From positions 44,050 to 108,049 of the forward strand of contig CAWGAC010000022.1 of assembly GCA_963820435.1 (NCBI GenBank): a stretch of DNA of 64,000 nucleotides, read 5' to 3'. The position numbers and the translations under genes are program-made. The DNA is from an uncultured Spirochaetota bacterium. GTDB taxonomy: Bacteria; Spirochaetota; Spirochaetia; SZUA-6; Fen-1364. Numbering within the stretch: the stretch's first letter is position 1; every line of letters starts with the position of its first letter. The notes beneath the pieces are model-generated. The model did not search any database. It saw only the letters and a list, made by a program, of their open reading frames with translations, and was not told the DNA's origin. This document shows, in pieces, positions 52,908 through 63,228 of this stretch.

Positions 52908-55700
52908 CTATTCCTCACTTTCCCTGGGTTTCGCGCGCCGTTCCCCAATGGCCGCGTGGACGACCTGAAGCTGCTCCCGCAGGTGCCGCGAGTGCGATCC
53001 CGTGGCCGGGCTCGCGCTTCCCGGCCGGCCGATGTACGAGAGGGTCACCTCCGGGAACTCCTCGGAGAACCTGTCCTTGACGAAGAGCCATGCGCCCCGA
53101 TTGCGCGGCTCCTCCTGCACCCACACGACGTCCGTGGCGGCCTTGTAGCTGCGCAGCACGGCGGAAAGCTTTGCCGCGGGGAACGGGTAGAGCTGCTCGA
53201 CACGGACGATCGCGGTGGACAGGTCCTTGCGTTCCTCCCGGGCGGCAAGCAGATCGTAGAATATCTTGCCCGAGCAGAGCGCCAGCCGCTTCGCCTTCTT
53301 CGGCTTCAGGGGGTCGTCCAGGACTTCCTGAAAATCCCCTTCGGACAGCTCGCCGAGCTTCGACACGGCGCGCGCGTTCCTTAACAGGCTCTTGGGCGTC
53401 ATCACGATCAATGGCTTGCGGAAGCTGCGCTTCACCTGGCGGCGCAGGAGATGGAAGTATTGCGCCGGAGTGGTGCAGTTGCACACCTGCATGTTGTCCC
53501 GCGCGCAGAGCATCAGGAATCTCTCCATGTGCGCGCTGGAGTGCTCGGGCCCCTGTCCCTCGAAGCCGTGAGGGAGAAGGAGGACGATGCCGCTCACCGT
53601 TCCCCACTTTGCCTCCCCGCCCGCCACGTAGTTGTCGATGATGACCTGGCCGCCGTTGGAGAAGTCTCCGAACTGCGCTTCCCAGATGGCCAGGGCGCGC
53701 GGGCGGCCGAGGGTGAAGCCGTATTCGAAACCGAGCACCGAGTATTCGGACAGCGGGCTGTCGTAGACGGAGAACTGGACCTGGTCCGGAGCCAGGTTGG
53801 CCAGCGGTGTGTACGGCTGAGGCAGGAGCGACTCGGCGTCCCACCAGACCAGGTGACGCTGGGAGAAGGTTCCCCTGGCCGTGTCCTGCCCGCTCAGGCG
53901 CATGGGCACGCCTTCCATGATGAGCGAACCGAAGGCAAGGGATTCCGCGAACGCCCAATCCAGCGTGCCGTCCCTGGCCAGGCGCGCGTTCTTCTCATCC
54001 AGGATCCTCTTGAGCTTCGGATGGACGTGAAAGCCGGGCGGCACAGTGGTGAGCTTGCCGACGAGCATGCGGAGCATGTCCTCGGATGGCCCCGGGATCT
54101 TCTCATCCCAGCTCCAGGCATTGGACGGTCCCGCGGGCTTTGCCGCCGGGGAAGCGGGGGCCCGGGCCGCCTGCAGCGCATCCTTCAGCGAGGCGCGGAA
54201 ATCCTTCCGTAGTGTCTCCTCCTGCTCGGTCGTGATGAGCCCGGCCTCCAGACAGCGCTCCGCGTACATGACGGGCTGGCTCTTTTTCTTCTCGATGATC
54301 CGGTACATGAGGGGATGGGTGAAGGACGGATCGTCTCCCTCGTTGTGGCCGTACTTGCGATAGCAGAAGATGTCCACCACCACGTCCCGGCCGAAGGTCT
54401 GGCGGAACCGGAGCGCAAGCTCGATGGTGTAGATCACCGCCTCGGGGTCGTCACCGTTTACATGGAAGACAGGCACCGGCAGCATCTTGGCAACGTCCGT
54501 GGGGAAGAATGTCGAGCGCGCGTCCCGTGACGAGGTGGTGAATCCGATCTGGTTGTTGATCACGATGTGAAGGGTGCCGCCGGTCTTGTAACCCTTGAGC
54601 GTGGCAAGGTTGAAGGTCTCCGCCACGACGCCCTGTCCCGAGAACGCGGCATCCCCGTGCAGCACGATGGGCACGACTTTCTTTCGGTCATCGTCTCCCA
54701 GCTCTCTCTGCACCGCGCGCGCCATGCCCTGCACAACAGGGCCCACGGATTCGAGGTGGCTGGGGTTGGCCACCAGGCTCACCTTGACCGTGCGGCCGTC
54801 CGGGGTCTCGTGGTCCATCTGGTAGCCCAGGTGGTAGCGGACGTCTCCGCTGCCTCCATAGTCTTCGGGGTCCTCGTAGCCCTCGAACTCCGCGAACACT
54901 TCTTCCAGCGGCTTTCCGAGAATTCGGTTGAGCACCGTCAATCTGCCCCTGTGTGTCATGCCCAGGATCAGCTCGCTGATTCCCATTGCGGGCGCGCTGT
55001 CCACCACGTGGTGCAGGGCGGGGATGACCACCTCCGCTCCTTCCAGTGAGAAGCGCTTCTGCCCGATGAAGGCCGTATGCATGAAGTGCTCGAACTCCTC
55101 CGCGCGTGTCAGGTCCTCGAGGATGAGCAGTTTCTTTTCCCCGTCAAAGACGGGCCGGTTGCGCGTGGACTCCATCTGCTGGATCAGCCACTTGCGCATC
55201 GGCTTGTTCTGGATGTGCAGGAACTCCACCGCAACGGTGGAGCAGTAGGTCTGGCGGAGGGTGCGGATTATTTCAGACAGCTTCATTCTGGACGGGGTCA
55301 TGACGCGCCCCGCGGAAAACTCCTTGTCCAGGTCCTCTTCGGTGAGCCCGAACTCCGCCAGGGTGAGCTGTTCGTAATTGTGCGCGGGTTCCGTGTAGTA
55401 GTTCTTCTGCTCCCCCTCCGCGGGGGCCAGGGGATTGAGATGCGCGTAGAGGTAGCCGACGTCCCGGTAGCTCCAGATGAGGCTGTCCACCCGGCTCTGC
55501 TTGTACACCATGTCGGAGGAGACCAGGGGCGGCGCTCCGGCGCCTTCGATGCTCTCCTGGAGCACCTGGGTGCTCTCCTCCTCCCGGAAAACCTCATCCC
55601 ACCTGTTGTCCACGGAGCGCGCGTCGCGCTGCCACGCCTCGTGCAGCTCTTCCAGCCATGGAAGATTGACTGCGGAGAGCGCCGACCCGTCCTTGTTCAT
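52908..55700 (-). CDS. sucA: 2-oxoglutarate dehydrogenase E1 component
   Basis: Intact 930 aa with family-typical motifs (..GMTHRGRLTVL..HGDAAFSGQGVV..LLLPHGFEGQGPEHSSA..). Confidence 0.9.
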   Translation of the reverse strand: MNKDGSALSAVNLPWLEELHEAWQRDARSVDNRWDEVFREEESTQVLQESIEGAGAPPLVSSDMVYKQSRVDSLIWSYRDVGYLYAHLNPLAPAEGEQKNYYTEPAHNYEQLTLAEFGLTEEDLDKEFSAGRVMTPSRMKLSEIIRTLRQTYCSTVAVEFLHIQNKPMRKWLIQQMESTRNRPVFDGEKKLLILEDLTRAEEFEHFMHTAFIGQKRFSLEGAEVVIPALHHVVDSAPAMGISELILGMTHRGRLTVLNRILGKPLEEVFAEFEGYEDPEDYGGSGDVRYHLGYQMDHETPDGRTVKVSLVANPSHLESVGPVVQGMARAVQRELGDDDRKKVVPIVLHGDAAFSGQGVVAETFNLATLKGYKTGGTLHIVINNQIGFTTSSRDARSTFFPTDVAKMLPVPVFHVNGDDPEAVIYTIELALRFRQTFGRDVVVDIFCYRKYGHNEGDDPSFTHPLMYRIIEKKKSQPVMYAERCLEAGLITTEQEETLRKDFRASLKDALQAARAPASPAAKPAGPSNAWSWDEKIPGPSEDMLRMLVGKLTTVPPGFHVHPKLKRILDEKNARLARDGTLDWAFAESLAFGSLIMEGVPMRLSGQDTARGTFSQRHLVWWDAESLLPQPYTPLANLAPDQVQFSVYDSPLSEYSVLGFEYGFTLGRPRALAIWEAQFGDFSNGGQVIIDNYVAGGEAKWGTVSGIVLLLPHGFEGQGPEHSSAHMERFLMLCARDNMQVCNCTTPAQYFHLLRRQVKRSFRKPLIVMTPKSLLRNARAVSKLGELSEGDFQEVLDDPLKPKKAKRLALCSGKIFYDLLAAREERKDLSTAIVRVEQLYPFPAAKLSAVLRSYKAATDVVWVQEEPRNRGAWLFVKDRFSEEFPEVTLSYIGRPGSASPATGSHSRHLREQLQVVHAAIGERRAKPRESEE

Positions 55701-56592
55701 TATTTCGATCCTCCCACCTTGCGCGTGAGCCTGGCAGCCAGCAGCGCGGGAATCTCATCCGGCCTTTCAGCCACGGGCACGCTCACCGCCCGCAGCGCCT
55801 TGACTTTCGCGTCCGCGGTTCCTCTGCCGCCGGAAACGATTGCACCGGCATGACCCATGCGCTTCTCCGGCGGCGCAGTGCGGCCCGGAAATGAACGCCG
55901 CGACCGGCTTGTGCATGCTGCGGTGAATGTATTCCGCGGCTCTCTCCTCGTCCTCGCCGCCGATCTCTCCGATCAGGACCACTCCCGCCGTGTCCGGGTC
56001 TTCTTCGAAAAGTCTCAGGAGCTCGACAAAGCCCGTGCCGATCACCGGGTCCCCCCCCACTCCGATGCAGGTGGACTGTCCCAGGCCCGCGCGCGTAAGC
56101 GCCCAGACAACCTCGTAGGTAAGCGTCCCGCTGCGCGAGATCACGCCGACGTCCCCCTGCCGGTGGATGCGGCCCGGGCATGATGCCCGCCTTGCTTTCC
56201 CCCGGGGTGATGAGGCCGGGGCAGTTGGGGCCGATGAGACGGCATCCGCGCGCGGCAAGGTAGTGAGTATTTTCGATCATCTCAAGCACCGGGATCCCCT
56301 CCGTGATGCAGACCACCAGCGGGATACGCGCGTCCGCAGCCTCATGCAGCGCGGCGCTCGCGAACCGTGCCGGAACGAAGATCACCGTGCAGTCCGCCCC
56401 CGTCTTTTCCACGGCCTGCGCCACCGTGTCGAACACGGGGATGCCCTCCACTTCCTGCCCGCCCTTGCCGGGGGTGACCCCGCCGACAACCTGTGATCCG
56501 TACTCCCGCATGGAAAGCGCGTGGAAGGAACCGTCCCTCCCGGTGATGCCCTGCACGATGATGCGCGTGTCTTTGCCGATAAGGATGCTCAT
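55700..56592 (-). pseudogene. sucD: Succinyl-CoA synthetase alpha subunit, about 2 frame breaks
   Basis: [25 protein letters not shown] | ..[29 protein letters not shown] | [19 protein letters not shown].. Breaks near 56170 and 55880. The stop TAA shares one base with the sucA ATG. Confidence 0.85.
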
Positions 56593-57732
56593 GTCGATGC
56601 CTTTCCCGCCCGTGCCACGACCGCCTTGACCGCTTCCGTCAGGTCGTCGTATGCCTCGATGCCGGCCGCCGACAGCAGCTTCCGGCCCTCCGCCTCGTTC
56701 GTACCGATGAGGCGGATCACGAGCGGAACAGGGATGCCGAGCTTCTCCCGCGCCATGAGGATTCCCCGCGCGATGTCGTCGCACCGGGTGATGCCGCCGA
56801 AGATGTTGATGAGGACCGCGCGGATATGACCCTTGCGGAGAATGATCCGAAGGGCGCTCAATACCTTTTCCGGGTTGGAGCTTCCGCCCACGTCAAGGAA
56901 ATTGGCGGGGCTCGCGCCGAAATACTTGATCAGGTCCATGGTGGCCATGGAAAGGCCGGCGCCGTTGACGATGCAGCCGATGGTGCCGTCGAGGCTGACG
57001 TAGGAAAGCCCGTTCGCCCGCGCCTCCATCTCATCCGCCCCGTACTCCTCCGGGCTTCGGAGCGCCTCCAGCTCGGGGTGCTTGTACAGCGCGTTGTCGT
57101 CGAAGATCACCTTGGCGTCCGCGGCAACCAGCCGTCCGCCGGGCACGAGCGCGCAGGGGTTGATCTCCACCAGCGAGCAGTCTTTTGCATGAAACAGCTG
57201 GCACATTCCTTCCAAGATGCTCCATGCCTGCGCCGCAACATCGGGGGAAGGAAATGCGCGCGCAAGCGCGTCGAAATGCTTTCCGCGGACGAGTCCCGCC
57301 TCCGGATCCAGGGGGAACCGCACGATCTTCTCCGGCTCCTTTGCCGCAATTTCCTCTATCTCCATGCCTCCCGAGGCGCTGGCGATGCATTGCACTGCCC
57401 GGGCCGACCTGTCCACCGTGAGGCTGACGTAGTACTCGGACTGGATGTCCACCGCCCGGGCCACCAGCACGCGCTGCACCTCGATGCCCTTGATCTTCAT
57501 GCCGATGATGTCACGCGCCCGGGCCATGGCCTCCTCGGGGTCCTTTGCCATCTTCACGCCGCCGGCCTTGCCCCGTCCGCCCACCAGGACCTGGGCTTTG
57601 ACCATCACCGGACAGCCGATCCTGGCCGGCGATCTTCCGCGCCTCCTCGGGCGTGGCCGCCACCTCCCCCTCCGGCACCGGGATGCCGAACTCGCGAAGA
57701 AAACCCTTGGCCTGATACTCGTGAAGCTTCAT
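56589..57732 (-). pseudogene. sucC: Succinyl-CoA synthetase beta subunit, one frame break
   Basis: [22 protein letters not shown].. is in ORF 57511..58011 frame. [19 protein letters not shown].. is in ORF 56589..57608. Break near 57615. Confidence 0.85.
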
Positions 57733-58453
57733 ACGCCGGCTTCCTTGCTCCTTGTGATTGTCCGTTTGATCGCGTTGATGTTCTTCGTCACTTTGATCTC
57801 CCGGGGACAGACCCGCGTGCAGTTGAAATGGTTCTCGCAGCGCCCAGGCGCCGTCCGGGGTCATCGAGGACGGGCAGCCTGTCAGCCAGACCCTTGTCCC
57901 TGCTGTCGAACACGAACCGGGCAGCCTGCACGAGCGCTGCCGGGCCGATGTAGCCCGGAATTGCTCCCGAATATCGGGCAGGAGGAATAGCAGGACCCGC
58001 AGAGGATGCACGCGGTGGTATCGTCAAAGGCGGCGCGCTCGGCCGGGCTCTGGATTCTCTCCTTCTCGGGCACCGGCTCATCGTTGATGAGGAACGGCTT
58101 GACCGCCCGGTACTTCTGAAAGAACGCGCCCTGGTCCACCATGAGGTCGCTCTGCACGGGCATGTATTTCAGGGGGGCCACGGTAATGACGGTCGTTCTC
58201 TTCCTGCGCCACGTCCCGCACGAGGGTCTTGCACGCCAGCCGCTCCACACCGGTGATGATCATGGCATCCGAGCCGCACACCCCGTGCGCCGCAGCTCTT
58301 GCGGAAAGACAGGCTGCCGTCCTGTTCGTTCTGCACCCTCATGAGAGCGTCCAGGATCCGGTCGGTCGGCTCGACCTCCACGGCATAGTCCTTGTCGTGC
58401 GGTCTCTTGTCCTTCTCCGGGTTGAATCGCCGTATGCGAAGCACGATTTTCAT
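57729..58453 (-). pseudogene. sdhB: Succinate dehydrogenase/fumarate reductase iron-sulfur subunit, about 4 frame breaks
   Basis: The peptide runs through five frame segments: ..SLSFRKSC | GVCGSDAMIITGVERLACKT.. | ..[18 protein letters not shown] | ..[19 protein letters not shown].. | ..[17 protein letters not shown].. Breaks near 58290, 58188, 57959 and 57865. Confidence 0.8.
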
Positions 58454-58472
58454 TTCAGTTCTCCCTCTGATA

Positions 58473-60214
58473 TCAGTATACGCGCGGCTTGGGCTTCCAT
58501 GTGGTGATGTCCACGGGACGGGCCGCCAGCCTCACCCTGCCGTCTTCCAGCCAGGCCAGGCTGTGCTTCAGCCAGCGCGCGTCGTCGCGCGCCGGATGAT
58601 CGTCCCGCGCGTGAGCGCCCGCGGCTCTCCGTCCGGGCCCGGGCAGCGGCTGCCGTGAGCAGGGCGAGGTCGAGGAGGTTCTGCAGCTCCAGCAGGCCGA
58701 GGAGGTCGCTGTTGAACCGCTTGCCCGCATCCTGGGCGCGCAGCTCGGTCCAGGCGGCCGCGCAGCTCCAGAATTTTCTCAACGGCCTTGCCCAGGTCCG
58801 CCTCGTTTCTGAAGATGCCGACCTTCTCCATCATGACCGTTTCCATCTCCTCCCTCAGTGCCCCCCCATGCGGGCCTTTGGCGCCGTCCGTGAGCCGGGC
58901 TACCTGGGCGCGCGCGGGCTGGTCGGCGCTCCCCGGCACCGGACCGATCTCCGCCTGTTTCACGAACGCGGCCATGTGCTTGCCCGCGCGCCTGCCGAAC
59001 ACGACGAGGTCCACGAGGCTGTTCGTGCCCAGCCGGTTCGCGCCGTGCACGGAGACGCACGCGCACTCCCCCGCCGCGTACAGGCCCTCGTAGAACGCTG
59101 CCCGCCCCGTCGGCGAGCACCCTGCCGTCGATGTCCGTGGGGATTCCTCCCATGGCGTAGTGGGCCGTGGGCTGGATCGGGAATGGGCTTCTCGGCCGGG
59201 TCGATGCCGAGGTAGGTGCGGCTGAAGCCCGTGATGTCGGGGAGCTTCTTCTCCAGCACCTCCCTGCCGAGGTGCGTGGTGTCCAGGAGCACCTAGTCGT
59301 CGATCCTCCCGTCTCCCCGCATGCCGTTGCCGGCCTTGATCTCGGTGAGGATGGCGCGGGAGATCATGTCCCGCGGCGCGAGGTCCAGGAGCGTGGGGGC
59401 GTAGCGCTCCATGAAGCGCTCCCCGGTGCGGTTGCGGAGGATCCCGCCTTCGCCGCGCACCGCTTCGGTGATGAGGATGCCCAGGCCGCGGATCCCGGTG
59501 GGATGGAACTGGAAGAACTCCATGTCCTGCAGGGGGACCCCGCGCCGCGCGAGCACCGCGGGGCCGTCGCCGGTGTTCGCGTGGGCGTTGGAGGTGATGC
59601 GGAACATCCGTCCGAACCCGCCGGTGGCAAAAAGCACCGCCTTCGCCTTGAACAGTGTGGATCTCCCCGGTGGCGAGCTCGAGGGCCACAACGCCGCGGC
59701 ATTTGCTTCCTTCGATGAACACGTCGAGAACGTGGAACTCGTCGAAGAACTCCACCCCGTTCTTGATGCACTGCTGGTAGAGGGTCTGGAGGATCATGTG
59801 GCCCGTGCGGTCCGCGGCGTAGCAGGAGCGCGCGACGGGCGCTTCCCCGAAGTTCCGCGTGTGCCCGCCGAAGCGCCTCTGGTCGATCTTTCCCTCCGGG
59901 GTGCGGTTGAAGGGAAGCCCCCGGTTTTCCAGGTCGTAGACCGCCCGCACGGCGTCCTCCGCCAGGAGGATGGCCGCGGACTGGTCCACCAGGTAGTCGC
60001 CGCCCTTCACCGTGTCGAAGGCGTGCCACTCCGGCTTGTCCTCCTCCACGTTGCCCAGCGCGGCGCCGATCCCTCCCTGCGCCGCGCCGGTGTGGCTGCG
60101 CATCGGGTAGAGCTTGGAGAGCACCGCTGTGCGCGCCGCCGCGCTTGCTTCCAGGGCCGCGTAGAGCCCCGCGCCGCCCGCACCGACGATGATCGCCTCG
60201 TACTCGTGCAGCAT
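58473..60214 (-). pseudogene. sdhA: Succinate dehydrogenase/fumarate reductase flavoprotein subunit, about 5 frame breaks and one in-frame TAG
   Basis: FAD motif [20 protein letters not shown], ..FQFHPTG.., ..[10 protein letters not shown].., ..[13 protein letters not shown].., ..ESRGAHARDD.. are spread over several frames. Breaks near 59655, 59175, 59095, 58775 and 58620. TAG at 59293-59295. Confidence 0.85.
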
Positions 60215-60226
60215 ACCGCTTCCTCC

Positions 60227-61151
60227 CTAAAGGCCTTCCAGGTCCTTCAGCCCCTTGCGCACCGCCTCCGCGGAGGCATCCAGCGCTTTCCGTTCCGCGT
60301 CGGTGAGGGGAAGCTCCACGATCCGCTCCACCCCGTTCCTGCCCATGATCACGGGCACGCCGAGGAAGATGTCCCTCAAGCCGTACTCCCCGCGCAGGAA
60401 CGCGGAAGCGGGGAACAGGCGCTTCTCGTCCTTGATCACGGCCTCCACCATCTTCGCCACGGAGGCGCCCGGCGCGTAGAAAGCGCTCCCCGTCTTCAGG
60501 AGGGACACGATCTCCGCGCCGCCGGTGCGCGTGCGCTTCACCAGCGCCTCGATGCTCGGCGGATCCAGGAGCTGGCCGATGGGAATGCCGCCCACCGAGG
60601 TGTAGCTGGTGAGGGGCACCATCTCGTCCCCGTGCCCGCCGAGGACCATGGCCTGCACGTCGCCGGGCCACACGCCGAGCTGCTCGGCGATGAAGTAGCG
60701 GAACCGGGTGGAGTCCAGCACGCCGGCCATGCCCACCACCTTGCGCAGGGCGAATCCCGTCTCCCGCAGGACCACCATGGCGATGACGTCCAGGGGATTG
60801 GTGACCACGATGACCACCGCGTTCGGGGCGCGAAGGGCGATCTCCGCGCGCCGCCTGCCGGGCGATGCCCACGTTGGTCTTCAGCAGGTCCATCCGGTCC
60901 ATGCCCGGCTTGCGGGCGATGCCCGCCGTGATCACCACCACGTCGCTTCCCTCGATCTCCGCGAAGTCCGTTGTGCCGCGGATGCGCACCTCGTAGCCCC
61001 GCAGGGGAGCGGCGTGGAGGAAGTCCAGCGCCTTCGAGCGCGCCAGCCCGTCCACGACGTCCACCATGACGATGTCCGCGATGTTCTTCTCCGCGATGTA
61101 GTAGACCGCCTTTGCGCCGACGTTGCCCGCGCCGATCACCGCGACCTTCAT
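60227..61151 (-). pseudogene. mdh: Malate dehydrogenase (LDH-like family), one frame break
   Basis: MKVAVIGAGNVGA..ITAGIARKPGMDRMDLL is in the long ORF 59364..61325 frame. ..VIVVTNPLDVIAMV..GGHGDEMVPL.. is in ORF 60227..60817. Break near 60845. Confidence 0.8.
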
Positions 61152-62079
61152 GCCGCGCCTCCCGTGTGACCGCCGCGGCGCGACTTTCCGTCGCGCGATT
61201 CGAGGAAGACGCGACTTCTCCTGTGCCGTGAGCTCGGGAGTGAGGACGCGCACAACGCCCTTCTCCCCGATGACCACGGGGAGGCTCAGCGCGGCATCCT
61301 TCACGCCGTATTCCCCCTCGAGCATGATGGAGACCGGAGAAGATCCTGTTCAGGTTCATGTGCACCGAGTCGGCAAGCTCCGCCACGGCGGCCGAAGGCG
61401 CATAGTAGGAGCTGGAGCGCTTGGCCATCTCCACCACAAGGTCTCCGGCCGTGCGAGTTTCCTCCATGAGCATGCGATTCTCTCCGCGGACAGGAGCAGG
61501 GGAAGGGGAACACCTGAGACACTGCAGTAGCGCGGCAGACAGATCATGTCATCCGAGTGTCTGCCGATGACCATGGCGGAGACGATCTCCGTGGACACGT
61601 TCAGCTCGCGGGCAATCAGGACGCGGAATCGCGTGGAGTCCAGGATCCCGCCGAGACCCAGCACGCGCGTGCGCGGCATGCCCGACTTCTGCACGAACAG
61701 GCGGTCAGGGAATCCACCGGCTCGGTGGCAATCGACCACCGTGGCTGTCCGGCGCCAGGCGCGCGATCTGCGGCGCCAGGCTCCGGATCAGGCCCGCGTT
61801 CGCCGTGTACAGGTCTTCCCGGCGCATGCCCGGGGCCCGGATGGCCCCCGCTGCCAGGACCACGAGCTGGGATCCCTTGATGTCCTCGAGGGAGTCCGAG
61901 CCGGAAAGCAAATTGCGGTACCGGCGGATGGGAGCGGCTTCCATGATGTCCAGCATCTTGCCGCGCGCGAGCCCTGGCTGGATGTCGACGAGGAGAACGT
62001 CCGTGACGCCCTTTTCCGCGATGAAGAAGCCGGCATTCGCCCCGACGTTGCCGCCGCCGATGATGCTCACACGCGCCAT
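61148..62079 (-). pseudogene. Second LDH/MDH-family dehydrogenase (paralog), at least 5 frame breaks
   Basis: ATG 62079 after AAGGTGG. MARVSIIGGGNVGANAG..AAGAIRAPGMRREDL.. | ..IATEPVDSLT | DRLFVQKSGMPRTRVLGLGGILDSTRFR..GRHSDDM.. | ..MEETRTAGDLVVEMAKRSSSYYAPSAAV.. | ..MLEGEYGVKDAALSLPVVIG.. The end is uncertain. One frame ends with a TGA overlapping the mdh ATG. Confidence 0.6.
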
Positions 62080-62211
62080 GTCGTCCACCTTTCCGCGCGC
62101 AAAAGGCCGCGATGTGTCATATGGCGCTCAATGATAGTATACACAAAGTCGCGAATGGGAGCGAGAGAGAAAGCGCGCGCGTTTTCCGCGATTCTGCGCA
62201 CGAGTGTTTCG

Positions 62212-62240
62212 TTGACTCCTCCAAAACCGCTGAGTATACT
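62212..62240 (+). promoter_or_regulatory. sigma70-like promoter TTGACT-17-TATACT of the atp operon
   Basis: TTGACT at 62212-62217 and TATACT at 62235-62240. The -10 ends 9 nt before ATG 62250, and there is no Shine-Dalgarno sequence in between. Confidence 0.5.
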
Positions 62241-62249
62241 CTCTCTGCC

Positions 62250-63005
62250 ATGGAGACTTCCGGACTGCACTCAGTCTTCTCAGTTGCCGGAATCAGAGTC
62301 ACCAATACGCTCCTGGCAACGCTCGTCGTTGATATTGTCATTCTTCTCGTCGTATTCGCTGTTCGACGAAAGCTCAAGCTGGTGCCGGGAAAGCTGCAGG
62401 GGCTCGTGGAGTCAGTCGTGGACTACCTGCACACCACCACCGAACAGGTGGCGGGGTCCCGAACGGCAATGATCTTCCCGTGGGTCGCCGTATTCTTCAT
62501 CTATATCGCGCTCTCCAATCTCATCGGGCTCCTGCCCGGGTACGGGACCATTGGGCTTTATCGTGAAACAGGCCCCATTTTCCGTCAGGGGCTTCCGGCC
62601 ATGCCTTTCCTGCACGTGAGCACCGCGGATCTGAACCTGACCCTTGCCCTCGCCGTGGTGTCCGTGGTGGCGGCCAACACGCTGGCCATCCGCTCCCTGG
62701 GCCTGGGCTCGTACCTGAAGCGGTTCTTCGCAATCAACCCGCTCCTTCTTTTCGTCGGACTCCTCGAGCTCCTGCAGGAGGTCACAAAGCTCATCACGTT
62801 TTCGTTTCGTCTTTTCGGCAACATATCAGCCGGGGAGGCGGTCCTGGGGACCATGTCTTCCCTCGTCGCTTTCATCGTGCCCGTGCCGTTTCTCGGGTTC
62901 GAGATCCTCGTGGCAGTCATTCAAGGGATGATCTTCGCTCTCCTCACCCTTGCCTTCATGACCATACTCACCGAACCTCATCAGAAGGAGGAAAAGAGCA
63001 CATGA
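62250..63005 (+). CDS. atpB: F0F1 ATP synthase subunit a
   Basis: Start at ATG 62250. ..ITFSFRLFGNISAGE.. contains the essential Arg. 5-6 TM segments. Confidence 0.85.
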   Translation: METSGLHSVFSVAGIRVTNTLLATLVVDIVILLVVFAVRRKLKLVPGKLQGLVESVVDYLHTTTEQVAGSRTAMIFPWVAVFFIYIALSNLIGLLPGYGTIGLYRETGPIFRQGLPAMPFLHVSTADLNLTLALAVVSVVAANTLAIRSLGLGSYLKRFFAINPLLLFVGLLELLQEVTKLITFSFRLFGNISAGEAVLGTMSSLVAFIVPVPFLGFEILVAVIQGMIFALLTLAFMTILTEPHQKEEKST

Positions 63006-63214
63006 ATTTCACACTGAGCGTTTCCGGCGGGCTCATCGTGGCAATTGGAGGGGCGATGCCCGGCCTTGCCATCGGCCTGATCGGCATGAAGGCAATGGAG
63101 GCCATCGGCAGGAACCCTGAAGCGTCCGGCCGGATCGTTCCCATCATGATTCTCGCCATGGCCTTTGCCGAGGCAATAGCGATCTACAGCCTCATCTTCG
63201 CGTTCCTCCGCTAG
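63002..63214 (+). CDS. atpE: F0F1 ATP synthase subunit c
   Basis: 70 aa hairpin protein with ..AIGRNPE.. loop and carboxylate in ..AFAEAIAIY.. AAGGAGG upstream; ATGA overlap with atpB. Confidence 0.9.
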   Translation: MNFTLSVSGGLIVAIGGAMPGLAIGLIGMKAMEAIGRNPEASGRIVPIMILAMAFAEAIAIYSLIFAFLR

Positions 63215-63228
63215 TCGGCAGGGTCCCC

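Noticed and set aside
51651-53384. 577-aa plus-strand ORF
   Set aside because: It is antisense to sucB/sucA, with Arg/Gly/Pro-rich composition. The opposite strand carries unmistakable E2/E1 motifs.
59364-61325. 653-aa minus-strand ORF
   Set aside because: It is a chimeric read-through. It contains real segments of the mdh-like and mdh genes, then continues out of frame through sdhA as R/G/P-rich sequence. It is not a single gene.
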